NCBI GenBank assembly: GCA_014729135.1
Contig: WJKK01000001.1
Location: 794,919 to 858,918 of the forward strand
Length of the DNA: 64,000 bases
Direction of reading: 5' to 3'
DNA from: a candidate division WWE3 bacterium
GTDB lineage: Bacteria; Patescibacteriota; WWE3; UBA101185; UBA10185
Numbering within the stretch: position 1 is the stretch's first letter; every line of letters begins with the position of its first letter. The notes below the pieces were generated by a model that ran no database searches, was not told the DNA's origin, and saw only the letters and a list, made by a program, of their open reading frames with translations. The translations under genes were made by a program, and so were the position numbers. Positions 61,293-64,000 of this stretch are shown one piece after another.

Positions 61293-64000
61293 ATGCCCGA
61301 TTCTGCCCAAGATAAAAACTACAAACAAAAAAACAGCTCAAAAACACCCCATAAGAAATATAATCTTAACGTTTCAAAAGCAGCAAAGCTTTTGGGAGTT
61401 TCCGCCTCCACGCTCCGCCGCTATGCAAAGGAAGGCAAAATCACCTCTCAGCGAGCAGAAAATGGCTACCGAAAGTTCTCAAAAACCGATGTTTTAGAGC
61501 TGAAGGATCGCTTGGCAGAGGAAGAGCGCCAAAAGGAGTTGGCCAAACAACAAAAGATGGAAAGAAATCCCAAAGCGATATCCGCACCGAAAAGCTCCTC
61601 GTTGTCGACGAGAAATGCAAGTCCTTCGGGCATTACACATCAACGTTACAACTCCGAATCCCGAATCAAGTCCAGAATGACAGGTACAAAAACAAAGGCA
61701 AAAACGAAAATTATCAAGCCCCGCAAAAAACAAAAGGAAGCAAACAAACTCCCACCGGCAGCTAAAAAAAGAATTCGACAAACAACAAATGCAACTGCCC
61801 TTGCAGGCATAACAAAGGGCATGTCGGCAGGAATCACCGCTTCAGCTATGGCCTTAACCGCAACCCTGGGCCTAACGCTGGCAACTTCCATTGCACCTAA
61901 AACCGCCAGACTCCAAGCAATGACAAAGGCTGAAGATATTACGGAAGTGGGCTTGGAGCATTTGGCTAGCGTTTATATTGAGAAAGTGAACCCACAGATA
62001 GAAAAGGTGGAAAAGGGATTGGCTGCCCTGACTCCAAACTATAACGAAGAGGATTCCGCTTCCGGATCGGTGTCCAGAACGACGGGAGCAGGCGAAGTGA
62101 CAAAAAGCACACTACTCTCCCGCTTAACAGGCAACAAAGAAAACCAACAAGGAATACTAGCCTCCAAACTCTCACCTGAACTTGCAGCTAAAATCCCCGC
62201 AGAATTTTCCTCCAAACTTGCACAAGCCCCCAAAATTCTAGGGCGAAGAACAACCCGACCCGACTTTGCCCTAGAACTCAACGTTCCCACCACAGTTCGA
62301 AACGACCTCACCGTAGAAGGAGCCATCACCGCTCAAACCTTATCCGTGCTTGCTGGCGGTCTATCAACTGAGAACCAGGGTATTGACACTGGAACAGGTG
62401 CTCTGACAGCGGGCTCCTTAACCTTTACAGCAGGAAGCACGGGCAGCCTCAACAACCTACTAACAATTGACGATCAAACTCAAACCACTCTAGAAGAAAC
62501 ATTAGAACTTGACGGCGATTTAGAAGGGACACTTGACGAGACAACAATAGCAACTCTTGGTGGAGCAGATGTAGGCGACATAGACTCCGGAGAACTTTTA
62601 ATATTAGACGGTGATGAAATCACATCCGGTGAAATAACTGACTTAGACACAACAGCAATTACAGAACTAGGCACAATCTCAACCGGAACCTGGACAGCAA
62701 CAGAAATAGGACCAACTTACGGAGGCACAGGACTCACAACATACACAACAGGCGACCTCCTCTACTCCTCCGCCTCAAACACGCTCGCAGCTCTCAACAT
62801 AGGCACAGAAGGCTACGTTCTCACTTCGACATCCGGAGTGCCAGCATGGACCGACATAGCCTCCGCCACAAACGCAGTTATTGGCAACCGCATTTACACC
62901 GAAAACAACTACGTCACGGACAGCCAAACAGTGACAGCCTCCATAGAAGCCTTGGACACCTCCATTTACGCCACATTTGGAAACCGCACCTACACCGAAG
63001 ACAACTTTGTAACCGATGCAGAAAGCATAACCTCCTCCATCGACGCACTTGACCAAGCAGTCTACTCCAACGCCTCCGGAGAAACAGGCCTCTGGAGAGT
63101 TTCAGACTCCGGAACATACATTTACCCAAACAACTTCTCCACCCTAGCAGTAACCGACTCCGGAAGACTTGGCATTGGCACCACCTCCCCCGACGCAGAG
63201 TTGCACGTTGAAGGCAGCGTTGTTCTGGGAGGCGATTCCAACGACACTATCACCTTTACAGGAGGAGTGACAACAGGCGGGTCACTTACTCCCGCCATAA
63301 ACCTAGGAGCAGACCTGGGGTCAGAAGACAAACGCTTCAACAACATCTACGTAGAAAACATCAACAACAACTCCCAATTAGAACAAGGCGGACAGGCAAT
63401 TTTCTCCTACGTTCCCGGAACCGCAGAAGGAAGCGACGAAACCAGCTGGACAGAGTCCACTGTTAGAATCAACCCAACAACTGCCCCAACCGACTCCTGG
63501 CTCTTTGGACTTGGTGTAGCCGGAAGCGAAGTAGCCGGAATCTACCATGACGGTGACTCATATTTTGAAGGCAGCATGGGAATCGGCCGTACTTCCCCAT
63601 CCGCAAAACTACATATAGAAGGAACCACCGAGCAACTACGTTTAGGCTATGACAGCAGCAACTACACCAGTTTTACTATAGGCAGCGACGGCGAACTGAC
63701 AATCGCAGACAGCGGAACAGACGTAGCCGTACTAGGCGCAACCCAAGCCAAATTCAGCGTACCAACCACATTCGACTCCGCGGGGGACGTGTCAATTGCA
63801 AACGACCTCGTCTTTACAAACCAAACCAGCGCCAACATTCAGTCCTATGGTCCTTTATATATAGAAGCGGGCGAAAATTTTGAAAACAACGATCTGACGC
63901 TAAAAACCTACGGCACAGGCAACGTCGCCATGGACCTTTCCGGCACGGGCTACCTGCACTTAATGGCTACGGACCCCGCAATTGTTTTTGACACGGCAAC
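61293..64000 (+). CDS. Large surface/fibre-like protein with N-terminal MerR/excisionase-type HTH (3' truncated; absent from the ORF track)
   Basis: Frame stays open for ~900 codons to the window edge: VSKAAKLLGVSASTLRRY..EGKI...NGYRKF HTH, a hydrophobic segment, then Thr/Gly-rich fibre motifs GGTGLTTYTTGDLLY, LGIGTTSPDAELHVEG and MGIGRTSPSAKLHIEG. Confidence 0.88.
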   Translation, partial: MPDSAQDKNYKQKNSSKTPHKKYNLNVSKAAKLLGVSASTLRRYAKEGKITSQRAENGYRKFSKTDVLELKDRLAEEERQKELAKQQKMERNPKAISAPKSSSLSTRNASPSGITHQRYNSESRIKSRMTGTKTKAKTKIIKPRKKQKEANKLPPAAKKRIRQTTNATALAGITKGMSAGITASAMALTATLGLTLATSIAPKTARLQAMTKAEDITEVGLEHLASVYIEKVNPQIEKVEKGLAALTPNYNEEDSASGSVSRTTGAGEVTKSTLLSRLTGNKENQQGILASKLSPELAAKIPAEFSSKLAQAPKILGRRTTRPDFALELNVPTTVRNDLTVEGAITAQTLSVLAGGLSTENQGIDTGTGALTAGSLTFTAGSTGSLNNLLTIDDQTQTTLEETLELDGDLEGTLDETTIATLGGADVGDIDSGELLILDGDEITSGEITDLDTTAITELGTISTGTWTATEIGPTYGGTGLTTYTTGDLLYSSASNTLAALNIGTEGYVLTSTSGVPAWTDIASATNAVIGNRIYTENNYVTDSQTVTASIEALDTSIYATFGNRTYTEDNFVTDAESITSSIDALDQAVYSNASGETGLWRVSDSGTYIYPNNFSTLAVTDSGRLGIGTTSPDAELHVEGSVVLGGDSNDTITFTGGVTTGGSLTPAINLGADLGSEDKRFNNIYVENINNNSQLEQGGQAIFSYVPGTAEGSDETSWTESTVRINPTTAPTDSWLFGLGVAGSEVAGIYHDGDSYFEGSMGIGRTSPSAKLHIEGTTEQLRLGYDSSNYTSFTIGSDGELTIADSGTDVAVLGATQAKFSVPTTFDSAGDVSIANDLVFTNQTSANIQSYGPLYIEAGENFENNDLTLKTYGTGNVAMDLSGTGYLHLMATDPAIVFDTA
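61656..61681. repeat. RPE-like palindrome inside the giant-protein gene
   Basis: GAATCCCGAATCAAGTCCAGAATGAC; peptide ESRIKSRMT, the same frame as in dnaX and ychF. Confidence 0.65.

Noticed and set aside
61494-63346. Short ORFs listed near the window end
   Set aside because: All lie within the long open plus-strand frame that starts at 61293.

Overview
The window is bacterial DNA in genetic code 11 that looks like Patescibacteria/CPR (Microgenomates/WWE3-like; inferred from gene content, a short EF-Ts and leaderless genes). It is mostly housekeeping: prfA end, htrA, ctpA, rpsF-ssb-rpsR, ychF, cysS, dnaX-recR, pth, ybeY, rpsU, rseP, rpsB-tsf-frr, topA, mreBCD-mrdA, def-fmt, rpmB, four tRNAs and secE-nusG-rplK-rplA. 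Accessory content includes two AbrB/PIN toxin-antitoxin pairs, a Fic protein, pbpC with alpha-2-macroglobulin, and a probable 6S RNA. The most striking locus is an F1-ATPase operon (b, delta, alpha, gamma, beta, epsilon) with no subunit a. Its subunit-c slot holds a 292-aa protein whose c-like hairpin lacks the ion-binding carboxylate and is fused to a soluble beta-rich domain. The operon is divergent from a giant HTH-TM-fibre protein, so it is a candidate non-ion-pumping rotary machine. Other highlights: a RAYT transposase whose REP palindromes, plus a second RPE-like family, sit in frame inside essential proteins; a cytidylyltransferase-HIT-dCMP deaminase-MtrA/thymidylate synthase operon; an EEF1AKMT1/ZCCHC4-like methyltransferase; many unannotated small proteins and structured repeats; a fixed 6-nt spacing between the -10 box and the start codon; and a 5'-to-3' base-skew flip inside genes. 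All family assignments come from motif recognition by eye; no searches were run.
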